From Calditrichia bacterium (GTDB lineage Bacteria > Calditrichota > Calditrichia > RBG-13-44-9 > J075), in the NCBI GenBank assembly GCA_050633245.1, contig JBOEGD010000012.1, positions 8,746 to 72,745 on the forward strand: DNA of 64,000 nucleotides, written 5' to 3'. This document shows positions 38,070 through 48,508 of this stretch, in pieces. The notes beneath the pieces are model-generated. The model was not told the origin of the DNA. It saw nothing but the letters and a program-made list of their open reading frames with translations, and made no database searches. The translations under genes and the position numbers were made by a program. Numbering within the stretch: position 1 is the stretch's first letter; every line of letters starts with the position of its first letter.

Positions 38070-38465
38070 AACTGCACCGCCGACATTTTGTTATTCTTAC
38101 GCTCGTTGGTCTGAGAGTGGTTCAGCAGGTCTGCGAAGCACTGCCATTTAATGATCGAGCCTATTATAAATACGCGAATGAATCGACATAAAAAAGGGGC
38201 AGAGTGAATAGAACCCAATTTTGCATTGTTCGAATTAATAAGTATACTTATTTCAAATGGCCTGTTGAAAGACCAATACAGGTTGCCAAATCAACAGCCC
38301 GGCCCCTGACTCAGACTTTAATTAGTTCGCTCGTATATAAAGCAAATAGATAATGCAGGACTCAACGTCAGACAAAACAGCTTGAACCTGCCTTCCTGTT
38401 AAGAATTGATTTTACAACGCGCTCAACTACTTATTCTTTGTGACCAAATTAAGGAGGTCCAACAA

Positions 38466-41186
38466 ATGCAAGCTAATCAACCGTATTCAAGGGCAGCAAA
38501 ACTCTATCAAATTCTAATTGTGACTTTTGCTTTTTGCTTTGTGCTCTCAACACACCTTCAAAGCCAGGAGACGTTTGGAAATATTGATGGAAGAATTACA
38601 GATGGTGATGGCAAGGCTTTAACTGGTGCAAACGTGATTCTACAAGGAGCAAATAAGGGCACCGCAACGGATTTAAATGGACGCTATAATATAAACCGGG
38701 TTACTGCAGGGTCTTATACCTTGGAAGTTTCTTACATTGGCTATCAGACACAGACGGTTGAAATTAGCATCAGCGACGGACAGACTACAACCCAAGACAT
38801 TCAGCTGAGCGCTGCGATTTTTGATGTGAGTGAAGAGGTCGTTTGGGGAATTCGTGCAAAAGGACAAGCTGCTGCACTTACCAGACAAAAAAATGCTGCA
38901 AATATTGTAAACATTGTTGCTGCTGACCAGATGGGACGCTTTCCCGATGGTAATGCCTCTGAAGCTGTTCAGCGCGTACCGGGCGTCGCTCTGGAGCGAG
39001 ATCAGGGTGAGGGGCGCTATATTCAAATTCGAGGCGGCTCTGCACTAATGTCTTCCATTACCTTTAATGGCGAGAGAATCCCTTCACCGGAAGATAGCAG
39101 GCAGATCGCACTTGATGCTGTGCCGGTAGACATTCTGGAATCGATTGAAGTAGCGAAAGCAATTACACCGGACATGGATGCCGATGCAATCGGAGGTAGT
39201 GTAAATCTTGTTACGAAGAAGGCGCCATTTGAGAGACTCGTAAACCTTGAGTTAGCCGGCGGATACAATGCCATACGCGAAAACGGCGGCGGGAGTGGCA
39301 ATATCACATTGGGCACCCGAACGGCAAATGATAAAATCGGCATTCTTGCAAATGCCAGCTGGAATCGACGCAGTCTCGGCTCAGACAATGTGGAACCGGA
39401 GTATGATCTGGGAGACCCTGGTTTAGGTGATGACGTTCTGAGCGAACTGCAAACGCGACTCTATGATATCGATCGAACCCGAGTTGGCCTGAATACAATG
39501 CTGGATTTCCGCCATAGCAATCAGTCTTCAAATTTTCTAAATATCATTTATTCTCAAAGTAAGGACGAGCAATTACGCCGAAAGTTTGTAAATGCAGATT
39601 TTGATGATGGCGATGTATTGGAACTGGAAGATAACTGGAGAACCGAAGACCTTAGTACATTAAACCTGTCTGGCGGCGGAGATCATAATCTGAACAATGG
39701 GATGGCTATTAACTATAATGTCACCTATGTAAAATCCAGAGAAGAGAAACCAGACATTCAGGAAATCGTATGGGTTCAGGAAGGCCTGACCAGCTTTAGC
39801 CCATCCATCGCAGATCCCGAAAACATAACTGCTAATCCGGGATCTGTATCGGGTGAGTATGAATTCGACAAAATCGAAACGGAAACAAGCGAAATCAATA
39901 ATGAAGACGTCGTTGCTGCACTCAGCTTCAGCCTTCCTCTGAACATCGGAAGCACAGACGGGAAGCTTACATTTGGCGGTAAATTCAGAACCAAAACAAA
40001 AGACCAACAAGTTGAAGTAATGGAATATGGGCTTGTCGCTGGTGATGCAATTTTGGGAGATGGATTTGGCGAAGACTTCAGCCTGGATGGATTTAACCCG
40101 GGCAATTACCCCTTTCCGGGAACTGTTACTAATGTCGACGATTTGCAAAACATCGTCAGTTCATTTTCGTCCCGCTTTGGAGAATTGGAAAGCGAAAAAG
40201 ATATCGAAGCCGATGCTGAAGATTATGAAGTGAAAGAACGTGTTGTCGCCGGGTTTGGCATGATTGAGTTGAATGTATCTGAAAAGTTTACTTTGATTCC
40301 CGGTGTTCGTTTTGAACAAACCAATGACGAAACTCAGGGTTTCGAGTTCGACAGCGAGCTGGAAACAACCGTTGCCTCACCCGTTGCGGAAGAGTCATAC
40401 GGCAATTTTTTTCCTATGATGCATCTGCGCTATCGCGCGACACCCTATACGAATGTTAGAGCCGCTTATACTTCTGCTATTGCCAGACCCAATTTTTACG
40501 ATCTTGTCCCCTATCGAATTCGTGATGATGAAGATTTATTTATCGGAAATGCTGAATTATCACCAACAACTTCTGCCAATTTAGATCTGCTTGTAGAACA
40601 CTACAATCAATCGATTGGCGTTCTTTCGGGCGGCATATTTTACAAACGGCTTACCGACCCCATTTTTGTTTTCGTAGAAGACAACACATTAGGTGGCGAT
40701 ACAAATCAGCCACGCAATGGAGAATCCGGCAATATATTTGGTGCTGAATTAGCCATTCAGCAACAGTTAAGATTTCTTCCCGGAGCTCTCAATGGACTGG
40801 GATTCTATGGAAACTTCACCTATGTGGATTCTAAATTGACGTTGCCCGATGGACGTGAGGTTAAACTCCCGGGACAGGCAAATAATATTCTCAACCTTGC
40901 ACTAAACTATGAAAAGTCGGGCTTTTTTGCGCAAACAAGTGTGAGTTATCATGGCGACTATCTAATGGAAGTGGGTGGCAGCGAGGAAGAAGATTTGTTT
41001 ATCGACAAACATCTGCAGATTGATGCCTCAGCAAGCTATCAATTGTCGGAGACTTTCAATGTTTTCCTTGAACTCGTTAATCTTAACAATGAGCGATTTA
41101 AAGTATTTGAAGGGGTCAGCGAACGCCCGCGACAGCTTGAGTATTATGAAACCTCAGGCCGGTTGGGACTAAGGTTCAATCTGTAA
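38466..41186 (+). CDS. TonB-dependent outer-membrane receptor (CarboxypepD_reg plus Plug plus beta-barrel)
   Basis: Signal peptide. CarbopepD_reg_2-like 'GANVILQGANKGTATDLNGRYNINRVTAGSYTLEVSYIGYQ'. Plug region 'IQIRGG'. Terminal aromatic 'LGLRFNL'. Start 38466 is preceded by AAGGAGG; the longest ORF starts at 38406. Confidence 0.85.
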   Translation: MQANQPYSRAAKLYQILIVTFAFCFVLSTHLQSQETFGNIDGRITDGDGKALTGANVILQGANKGTATDLNGRYNINRVTAGSYTLEVSYIGYQTQTVEISISDGQTTTQDIQLSAAIFDVSEEVVWGIRAKGQAAALTRQKNAANIVNIVAADQMGRFPDGNASEAVQRVPGVALERDQGEGRYIQIRGGSALMSSITFNGERIPSPEDSRQIALDAVPVDILESIEVAKAITPDMDADAIGGSVNLVTKKAPFERLVNLELAGGYNAIRENGGGSGNITLGTRTANDKIGILANASWNRRSLGSDNVEPEYDLGDPGLGDDVLSELQTRLYDIDRTRVGLNTMLDFRHSNQSSNFLNIIYSQSKDEQLRRKFVNADFDDGDVLELEDNWRTEDLSTLNLSGGGDHNLNNGMAINYNVTYVKSREEKPDIQEIVWVQEGLTSFSPSIADPENITANPGSVSGEYEFDKIETETSEINNEDVVAALSFSLPLNIGSTDGKLTFGGKFRTKTKDQQVEVMEYGLVAGDAILGDGFGEDFSLDGFNPGNYPFPGTVTNVDDLQNIVSSFSSRFGELESEKDIEADAEDYEVKERVVAGFGMIELNVSEKFTLIPGVRFEQTNDETQGFEFDSELETTVASPVAEESYGNFFPMMHLRYRATPYTNVRAAYTSAIARPNFYDLVPYRIRDDEDLFIGNAELSPTTSANLDLLVEHYNQSIGVLSGGIFYKRLTDPIFVFVEDNTLGGDTNQPRNGESGNIFGAELAIQQQLRFLPGALNGLGFYGNFTYVDSKLTLPDGREVKLPGQANNILNLALNYEKSGFFAQTSVSYHGDYLMEVGGSEEEDLFIDKHLQIDASASYQLSETFNVFLELVNLNNERFKVFEGVSERPRQLEYYETSGRLGLRFNL

Positions 41187-41329
41187 GCGATTAGCTGGTT
41201 CGCAGTTAATAACAGTCTTATGCAGTTCTTCTTTGCCACACTTATTGGCAAAGAAGAACGATTCAATATGTTTATGACAATAGACAATGTTTAAGTGCTT
41301 CAACGCTACTTCTCTATGCAAGGAAAGAA

Positions 41330-42415
41330 ATGAATAAGCCTTTGAAACTGGCAGTGCTCGGAGTGGGTAGAATGGGTTTTATTCATGCACGCCACGTTCA
41401 GGAACTGGCCGAGAAGACCAATACCTGTCAACTGGTTGCTGTAGCTGACACAGATAGAGACTTCTCCGCCAAAACAGCCCATAAGCTCCAGCAACATCAG
41501 AATACAAAAATTTACTCCTATGCGAGTGCTACGGAACTGGCAATTAGCAATAGTATAGATGCTGCAGTTATTGCTTCTCCCACTGTAAATCACTATCAAG
41601 ATACCAAAATACTTGTTGATGCAGGCTATCGCGTGCTTTTAGAAAAACCGCTCACTGCTTCACTTCAAGATGCGAAAGAACTTACAGGCTATTTAGACTC
41701 CAGTCAGAAGGCCAGTACTTCTGTGATGCTGGCTTTTATGAGGCGATTTGACGAGCCATTAATGCTGGCAAAAAAACTATTGGACTCCGGCAAAATTGGC
41801 CGTCCGTTTAAATACTCGTCTATTTTGGAAGATCCGCTTCCACCACCGGAAGGTTATATCAGCCCGGGGCTTTTGCTGGATATGGCAATTCATAATATTG
41901 ATGAAATTCTCTGGCTGCATGGAGACAAACCGGAACGTGCGATTGCTTTCGGCTCAAACCTCTATAGCCATGGAGAAAGTGATGTTGAGGAAGATTTTGA
42001 TGATGCAATGCTGCAATTATGGTTTCCGGGTAATGTGCTCGGGCAGATTCAGGTAAGCAGAAATCACGTCGCGGGCTATCGTGCCGAAACGTGGATTTAC
42101 GGTGAGCAAGGTATGATTCACGTTGGACATTTTCAGGATGACCCACATGCCATTTCCGTGAACTCTTATAGTCGTGACAATCAGGTGATTGAGAAAAAGA
42201 TATTCATGCAGCGAAAGTATGAGGAGGACGTTCCGGTTTTTGCAACCCGGTTCGGCAATTCCTATAAATCCGAACTGACTCATTTTGTCGATCAATGTCA
42301 TACCAACTCTCCATTTTCCGTGACACATATAGATGGATTTCTCGCACAACAGGTTGCTTTCGCGAGTCAACGCACGGTAAAAGGCGCAGATGGCGCGAAT
42401 CTCATTAGATACTAA
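41330..42415 (+). CDS. Gfo/Idh/MocA-family NAD(P)-dependent oxidoreductase
   Basis: N-terminal Rossmann 'LKLAVLGVGRMGFIHARH', 'EKPLTAS' and a C-terminal GFO_IDH_MocA_C-like half. Confidence 0.85.
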   Translation: MNKPLKLAVLGVGRMGFIHARHVQELAEKTNTCQLVAVADTDRDFSAKTAHKLQQHQNTKIYSYASATELAISNSIDAAVIASPTVNHYQDTKILVDAGYRVLLEKPLTASLQDAKELTGYLDSSQKASTSVMLAFMRRFDEPLMLAKKLLDSGKIGRPFKYSSILEDPLPPPEGYISPGLLLDMAIHNIDEILWLHGDKPERAIAFGSNLYSHGESDVEEDFDDAMLQLWFPGNVLGQIQVSRNHVAGYRAETWIYGEQGMIHVGHFQDDPHAISVNSYSRDNQVIEKKIFMQRKYEEDVPVFATRFGNSYKSELTHFVDQCHTNSPFSVTHIDGFLAQQVAFASQRTVKGADGANLIRY

Positions 42416-42735
42416 CTAAAGATGTTGCCGAACGAACTTCGATTATAGGTTTCAATCAACACCTGTCTTTTTGAGAAAAAAATTCTTTTCCTATTGATTG
42501 TCTTGGTAGAACAAGATAATTTAAGACAAAAGAGTCTTTATTCTTAAACAGAGGCACCAATGACACACTCAGGTCGGGAATAGATAAAAATGATCATAAA
42601 GAATGTTGATTTTTCTTTCCAGTTGAGGAAGTCAACATTCCTTTTCGGACAGTAGCAAGATTAACAATCGCCGGAAGCAACTGCTACGCCCCAAACCTGT
42701 ATGGAAGCAATAAACAGACGTATAATGGAGGCAAC

Positions 42736-43968
42736 ATGAAGCACCTCAAGTTATTAGCCATAGCATTTTTATGTGTAACGCCACTTTTCGTTTGGGCGGA
42801 TGGAGATGAGGAAAATAAAGACTGGAAGTTAATTGCACAAATCCGCCAGCGCTCGGAAGTCGATAATCGGGATTTTAACAGCGATACCGGGCTCGAATCG
42901 TTCACCGGTCTGCGGTCCCGTCTGGGTGTACTGTTCACACCGGCCGAGGACCTGAGTGCCTTTTTTCAAGTGCAGGATACGCGATTCTTCGGAACGGAAA
43001 CCAGCACGCTCTTCGACGGTAGGGCAGATAATTTCGACCTGCGCCAGGCCTACTTCCACCTTAAGGATCTCTTTAGCTGGCCGGTAGATATTAAAATGGG
43101 TCGTATGGAAGTAAACTATGGGCCCCAGCGCTTGATCGGCGCGGTTGGATGGCATCCAATTGGACGCAGCTTCGATGGAGGAATACTCACCATCAAAGGG
43201 GACGGGAAATCTCTCGATATTTTTTCCTTTAAAGAAGTGGAAGAATTTGAAATTGAAGACAAAGGCGATCGCAGTGTAGGCGGAGCTTACGGAAATATAA
43301 ATGTCGGGGACAGCCATAAGGTGCAGCCATTTATTATCTGGCAGATCAGCACGCCGGATTCGATCATCAATCGCTTCACTACCGGATTTTATGTCAATGG
43401 AAAGCCCGGCAACTTTCGCCATGAGCTTGAGTTCGCCTATCAGGGTGGTTCAGTGGGCGATCTGGACGTAGCAGCCTACATGTTTGCAGCTAACTTCGGC
43501 TACGTATTCTCAGATGTATCAACAAAACCCATGGTTTCCATCGGCGTTGATTATCTAAGCGGTGACGATACCTTGGGGGATAATGACATCAAGTTCTTTG
43601 ACACCCTGTATGGCACCAACCACAAATATTACGGTTTCATGGATTACTTTCTAAACATTCCGGTCAATACCTTTGGCCGTGGATTGATGGATCTGCATCT
43701 AAGGTCTTCCATAAATATTAACAAAAGCACCAAGCTTGCCTTAGCGCTGCACAACTTTTCTTCCACTGAAGACTTTGTGGGAACCGGCGGCGAGACCGAA
43801 ACCGCGTTCGGAAAGGAAATCGACCTCACACTGACGCATAAGTACAACTCTCAGCTTGGCATAACCATCGGTGCATCCATATTCTCACCGGGTGAGATCT
43901 TTAAACAAGAGCGCGGTGAAGATCTGTCCAGCTGGTATTACCTGATGACAACAGTTAATTTGAAGTAA
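42736..43968 (+). CDS. Outer-membrane porin-like beta-barrel (alginate-export / AlgE-like family)
   Basis: Signal peptide. Alternating beta-strand pattern; 'LRQAYFHLKD…MGRMEVNYGPQRLIGAVGW' resembles the alginate-export domain. Ends in aromatic-rich strands. Confidence 0.55.
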   Translation: MKHLKLLAIAFLCVTPLFVWADGDEENKDWKLIAQIRQRSEVDNRDFNSDTGLESFTGLRSRLGVLFTPAEDLSAFFQVQDTRFFGTETSTLFDGRADNFDLRQAYFHLKDLFSWPVDIKMGRMEVNYGPQRLIGAVGWHPIGRSFDGGILTIKGDGKSLDIFSFKEVEEFEIEDKGDRSVGGAYGNINVGDSHKVQPFIIWQISTPDSIINRFTTGFYVNGKPGNFRHELEFAYQGGSVGDLDVAAYMFAANFGYVFSDVSTKPMVSIGVDYLSGDDTLGDNDIKFFDTLYGTNHKYYGFMDYFLNIPVNTFGRGLMDLHLRSSININKSTKLALALHNFSSTEDFVGTGGETETAFGKEIDLTLTHKYNSQLGITIGASIFSPGEIFKQERGEDLSSWYYLMTTVNLK

Positions 43969-43990
43969 TATCATTCAAGAAAATCTGTAG

Positions 43991-44033
43991 AAAAAAAGCG
44001 TTCCTTATAAAAACGGTGAGGAGCGCTTTTTTT
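43991..44033 (+). terminator. Rho-independent terminator
   Basis: AGCGTTCC / GGAGCGCT stem (one G·U pair), 14-nt loop, followed by TTTTTTT (44027-44033). Confidence 0.65.
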
Positions 44034-44389
44034 AGACCGTGTTGACAACAGCAATTTTCAGAGAAAGTAGACGAATTATGCCACTCCGCGAGGCTTGTGG
44101 AATCTTTTTTTTACTTAGCTCTAATGACTCGGGGCTAAAACGAGATGTTTAGATAAAAATGTTCTAAAAAGCAACAGAGGTACTTTAATATGTATAGTAG
44201 CGTACATCATAAAACTACATAAACCCCAGAGGGGTAACATAAAATCAAATTGTCCACACGATCTAATGGATCTCCAAAAAACAGCGAGTTTTTATCTGGA
44301 GATTGATCGAATAGCTCTCCCTAAATCAATCCGGCTTGGCTTCAATTCCATAGATCCCTATATTCTCTTTTACGTCTAACAGGAGATGT

Positions 44390-45532
44390 ATGGAGACATT
44401 TCAAGCAAGTGTAGTTGATGGTATGTATAGCGGGATGCTCATCATGTCTTCCCTTCAGGGATTTGTTCTGGCAGCAATTCTATTTTTTCATGCCCGGCTA
44501 AAGAGTCGTTCCAATCAATTTTTAGCACTTTCCTTATTCGCCGTCTCGATTGTGGTATTGTACGACGGTCTATATTATGTGAATCTGAATAATCTTGCCG
44601 ATTCGATTCTGGCCTTTCTTCCCATTTACTTAACAAGCCCAATCTCGATCGGTATTTATTTTTTTGTTACTTACCTGATCCATCCCAAACATCAGCTAAC
44701 AAGTTGGGAAAAATGGTGGCCTGTACCAATTATCCTTGAAGTATTTCTACAAATTGGTCTGATAATCATAAATGTGTATTCTGAAAGCGGCACAATTTCC
44801 ATTTCAGAAAAGTCCATCATACTTATTGAACAATCCATTGGTTTGCCTACATCGCTGATTCTTATTCCTCTGGCATTAAAGAAGGTCTATCACTATCACA
44901 CTTTTTTGTTTCAGAATTATTCAACAATTGCCCAAAAAGACCTCAAATGGCTAAGGCGGGCATTACTTCTTAAATATGGATTAACCTTGTTATGGCTGGT
45001 AAGTTTTATATTTGAGTGGGCAGGTTTTTCCGTCAATTTAATTTATGAGATCCTAACCCTCAGCTTGGCAATCGTGCTATTTGGTATAAGCTACTTTCTG
45101 CTACTACATTACCATCTTTTTCAAATAGTTCCTATCCAGACAGCGGAAAGAACGCAGGATAATTACCCAAAAAAGCTGTCACCTAAAACTGATCAATATT
45201 ACGATGTTCTCAAGGATCTAATGCAAAACGAAGCTCTATACAAAAACTCCTCCCTGACATTAAGCATGCTTGCAGAACGGCTGGAAATTAGCAGTGGCTA
45301 TTTGTCGCAGATTATTAATGAGAAAGAGCAAAAGAACTTCTTCGAATTTATTAACCATTATCGTATCGAGGCAGTAAAAAGCAATCTTGTGGATAAGAAA
45401 TTCGACCAGTATAGCATTATGGGTATCGCATCCGAATGCGGGTTTAGTTCAAAGTCGGCATTTAATTCTGTTTTTAAGAAACTTACCGGCTATACACCTT
45501 CAGCTTATAAAAAACGCCATCATCCAAGATAG
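44390..45532 (+). CDS. Membrane-anchored AraC-family transcriptional regulator (about 7 TM helices N-terminal, HTH_AraC C-terminal)
   Basis: Hydrophobic N-terminal 230 aa. C-terminal 'SMLAERLEISSGYLSQIINEKEQKNFFEFINHYRIEAVKSNL…IASECGFSSKSAFNSVFKKLTGYTPSAYKK'. Confidence 0.8.
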   Translation: METFQASVVDGMYSGMLIMSSLQGFVLAAILFFHARLKSRSNQFLALSLFAVSIVVLYDGLYYVNLNNLADSILAFLPIYLTSPISIGIYFFVTYLIHPKHQLTSWEKWWPVPIILEVFLQIGLIIINVYSESGTISISEKSIILIEQSIGLPTSLILIPLALKKVYHYHTFLFQNYSTIAQKDLKWLRRALLLKYGLTLLWLVSFIFEWAGFSVNLIYEILTLSLAIVLFGISYFLLLHYHLFQIVPIQTAERTQDNYPKKLSPKTDQYYDVLKDLMQNEALYKNSSLTLSMLAERLEISSGYLSQIINEKEQKNFFEFINHYRIEAVKSNLVDKKFDQYSIMGIASECGFSSKSAFNSVFKKLTGYTPSAYKKRHHPR

Positions 45533-45689
45533 TTTTTAGTTTGGGACCGTCCAGAATTCCACACTTTTAAAAACTCCGCACCAGTTTTTTCGCATCAATC
45601 TGCATCGATCCGGTATATTTCAGCATTCATAAAAAGAGATGCATACCGACTGTTTAAGATCAATTAACCTTAAAGGAACGAAGAAAAAG

Positions 45690-46859
45690 ATGAATAGAAG
45701 AGAATTCCTGAAACTTTCCAGCATACTTGGCCTTTCCGCACCATTTTACTCATTGCTTAGCTCATGCAATAAAAATACTCTGGGTGTTGGAAATTTTTCC
45801 GGATCGGTAACCATCATCGGCGCCGGTGCAGCGGGAATGGCAGCAGGTTATCTATTGGCACAGCAAGGTATCGATTATCAAATCCTGGAAGCATCTTCTA
45901 CCCACGGGGGAAGGATGAAGCGTACCACAAATTTTGCGGATTTTCCGGTGCCACTGGGTGCAGAATGGCTACACGTTGAAACTGGTATTTTTAAAGAGAT
46001 CGTTAATAAGAACTCTACTCCAATTAATGTCGATACCACTCCATACGACCGGGAAACAGAATATGGTCTCTATGAAGGTCAGCGAGTTTCTATAGAAGAA
46101 ATGGGATTTAAAAAAGAACGTAAATTCATTAATTCTACCTGGTTCGACTTTTTTGATCAATACATCTTCCCTTCTGTGCGGGAGAAGATCATTTATAATA
46201 CAGTCGTTGAATCTATAGACTACTCAGCAAACAAGGTAGCGATACAAACAGCAAACAAAGATTTCTCTGCAGATAAGGTGATTGTTACCATCCCGCTGAA
46301 GATCCTGCAGAGTGGAAGCATCACTTTTTCTCCTGAATTACCTCAAAAAAAACAGTCGGCAATAAACGAAGCTACTGTCTGGGATGGCTGTAAGGCGTTT
46401 ATTGAATTTTCAGAAAAGTTTTATCCTGCCTTTGTAGGATTTGAGATTCAACCGGAAAAAGCAGGACAAAAGCTATACTATGATGCCTCCTATGGCCAGA
46501 ATTCATCGAAACATATTCTGGGACTCTTTGCTGTCGGAAGCGGAACTATTCCCTATGTTCAGTTAACCGATGCTGCTCTTATCGACTATATACTTAATGA
46601 GTTGGATGTCATTTTTAATAATCAGGCAACTGCCAACTATGTAAAACACATTTTTCAAAACTGGAATGAAGAACCGCATATTAATGGGGCCTACTTATAC
46701 GACCACGAAAGTTGGTCCCGGGTACGAAAACTTGGCGATTCGGTAAGCGGAAAGTTATTTTTTGCTGGTGAGGCATATACAGATGGGGGTGACTGGGCAA
46801 GCGTACATGCAGCCGCAAGATCTGCCAGACGGGCGGTCAGCAAGATACTACAGTCCTGA
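45690..46859 (+). CDS. Tat-exported FAD-dependent amine-oxidase-family oxidoreductase
   Basis: Twin-arginine signal 'MNRREFLKLSSILGLSAPF'. FAD dinucleotide fold 'VTIIGAGAAGMAAGYLLAQQGIDYQILEASSTHGGRM'. C-terminal 'FFAGEAYT' as in flavin amine oxidases. Confidence 0.75.
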   Translation: MNRREFLKLSSILGLSAPFYSLLSSCNKNTLGVGNFSGSVTIIGAGAAGMAAGYLLAQQGIDYQILEASSTHGGRMKRTTNFADFPVPLGAEWLHVETGIFKEIVNKNSTPINVDTTPYDRETEYGLYEGQRVSIEEMGFKKERKFINSTWFDFFDQYIFPSVREKIIYNTVVESIDYSANKVAIQTANKDFSADKVIVTIPLKILQSGSITFSPELPQKKQSAINEATVWDGCKAFIEFSEKFYPAFVGFEIQPEKAGQKLYYDASYGQNSSKHILGLFAVGSGTIPYVQLTDAALIDYILNELDVIFNNQATANYVKHIFQNWNEEPHINGAYLYDHESWSRVRKLGDSVSGKLFFAGEAYTDGGDWASVHAAARSARRAVSKILQS

Positions 46860-47175
46860 GTTAAAAGGCACAGCTATAATTTTACTCTCGGTATAAATAT
46901 GTATGAATGATGTTAACAATCACGAATATCCTACAAAAGAACCAGTTATTTATTAAAAGTCTCATCTATCTTTGCCTTAGCCACTTTCTTCAGATTCAAA
47001 CAAACTCCAGGACTTACTTTCGTCGATATCCAATCAGCTCCTTCCTCTTTCCCGGCGACTTCTCATGTCCCTTAGAGAAAGTACCAATTCTCACTAACAG
47101 TTTTATGAACCATAGCGGTGCTAGTTTGTTCAACTGGTATCGAACAATGACATATACCTCCAGCTTCATAGGTCG

Positions 47176-47259
47176 TCAAGAGGCGAATCTCTGAACCATC
47201 TGGAGCAAGAGGTCATATTCCGTTTTCAAAATTTCCGTTACAATTTTTTGCTTTTTCAT
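47176..47259 (-). CDS. Candidate small ORF (27 aa, MKKQKIVTEILKTEYDLLLQMVQRFAS) with a strong Shine-Dalgarno site
   Basis: On the minus strand, AAGGAGGCAGGAGGAAGAC precedes the ATG at ideal spacing. It lies in an otherwise ORF-poor 630-bp convergent spacer. No homology is assessable by eye. Confidence 0.3.
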   Translation of the reverse strand: MKKQKIVTEILKTEYDLLLQMVQRFAS

Positions 47260-47491
47260 GTCTTCCTCCTGCCTCCTTAAGACTGCAAGATAAAGCCTCA
47301 CTCTACCGCATTTAATTTAGACAAAACTACTCATACCAATCAGGTTAGAACGTTCGGTATACAATGAGGATAGTATTCAAATAAAGTTTCAAATCTTTGA
47401 TCTCCTAAGAGAATAATCCCAAGCAAAAACCTAATAGATAATTGCGGGCCAGCAACTCCCATGTAGCATGAACCCAACAACAACTTCGCAA

Positions 47492-48214
47492 CTACCACCA
47501 TACACCGAACGTAGCCAAGTAGCTCATTCCACTTGATTCAATCCTCTTTTCCAGAGGTAAACGAAAAACCTCTTCGGCATCTTCATCTTTTAAAAGGGTT
47601 TTACCATATAGAGCGGAGACAGCAATCGAAAAACCATTATCCAATTGCAAATAGAGGCCAGTTTCTAAATTCCAGCCGTTTCCATAGGAGTTCTGCTCAA
47701 TGACAGCATCAGTATCAGGATTTTTTATCTTACTTTTCAAAATATTATATGTGTAAGAAGGCCTTATCAAAACGCCAAAATCCTCGATCACCGAATGAGT
47801 TCGAATACCACTCTCAAGAAAGTTATTATTGATACCAATATCAAATAACGAGGCGCGAAGGGTAAGTCTTACTGAAAGCGGGACAAGGAATCGGTTATAG
47901 TTTAGCTCAGCGATTTCTGTGAATGAATCCGTTGGTTCAGACGGAGCCAGTACATAATCAAATGACGTATATTTTTCGTTGAAGAAAAATCCCCCTAAGC
48001 CAATATCAGCTCTAACTTCGCCCTCACCCGATAATACCTGATAATAAAATATACCCCAATAGTCCGCTACCGGGAATACATTCGAATATGATGCACCATA
48101 GCTAATGTCAACATATTGTGATTTATCATGGGCTGCGACAAACTGACTTGGCAAACAAATCAAGCAGGTGCTAGTTAACACCATCAACCTGTTAATACTA
48201 AATATTTTCCTCAT
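47492..48214 (-). CDS. Hypothetical outer-membrane beta-barrel-like exported protein
   Basis: Signal peptide MRKIFSINRLMVLTSTCLICLPSQFVAA. Alternating beta-strand composition; terminal aromatic residues (…TFGVWW). Confidence 0.55.
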   Translation of the reverse strand: MRKIFSINRLMVLTSTCLICLPSQFVAAHDKSQYVDISYGASYSNVFPVADYWGIFYYQVLSGEGEVRADIGLGGFFFNEKYTSFDYVLAPSEPTDSFTEIAELNYNRFLVPLSVRLTLRASLFDIGINNNFLESGIRTHSVIEDFGVLIRPSYTYNILKSKIKNPDTDAVIEQNSYGNGWNLETGLYLQLDNGFSIAVSALYGKTLLKDEDAEEVFRLPLEKRIESSGMSYLATFGVWW

Positions 48215-48508
48215 CAGTCCCTTGTGATTAAGAATATCAAACAGCAATTCATGCTAGATGTAAGTATTGAGACCTTGCTTGATATATATGCAATTTTCTT
48301 TTATTGGCTCTCTCAAAGAGGCCCATAAAATAATTAATTTCAGAAAATTATATTGGTTTCAGGGGGAGTTGTTATTAAATAATAACAAATACGGTACTGA
48401 ATTGTCAAGGTCTATTTCTCTGTCAAATCAATGTATTTCCTTACATGCAGCAACCCCCTGCTAAAGGGTCCTTTTAACAACACACCTGATATTTATAAAT
48501 GACATTCC

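Noticed and set aside
39660-40148. 162-aa and 109-aa minus-strand ORFs inside the TonB-dependent receptor gene
   Set aside because: Antisense to a gene with a clear Plug/barrel signature; no independent support.
42829-43422. 197-aa minus-strand ORF
   Set aside because: Antisense to the porin-like gene 42736..43968, which has a signal peptide and beta-barrel features.
46907-47194. 95-aa plus-strand ORF in the 630-bp convergent spacer
   Set aside because: No SD, odd composition (MMLTITNILQKNQLFIKSLIYLCLSHF…), and it overlaps a much better supported SD-driven small ORF on the other strand. Kept only as part of the spacer finding.
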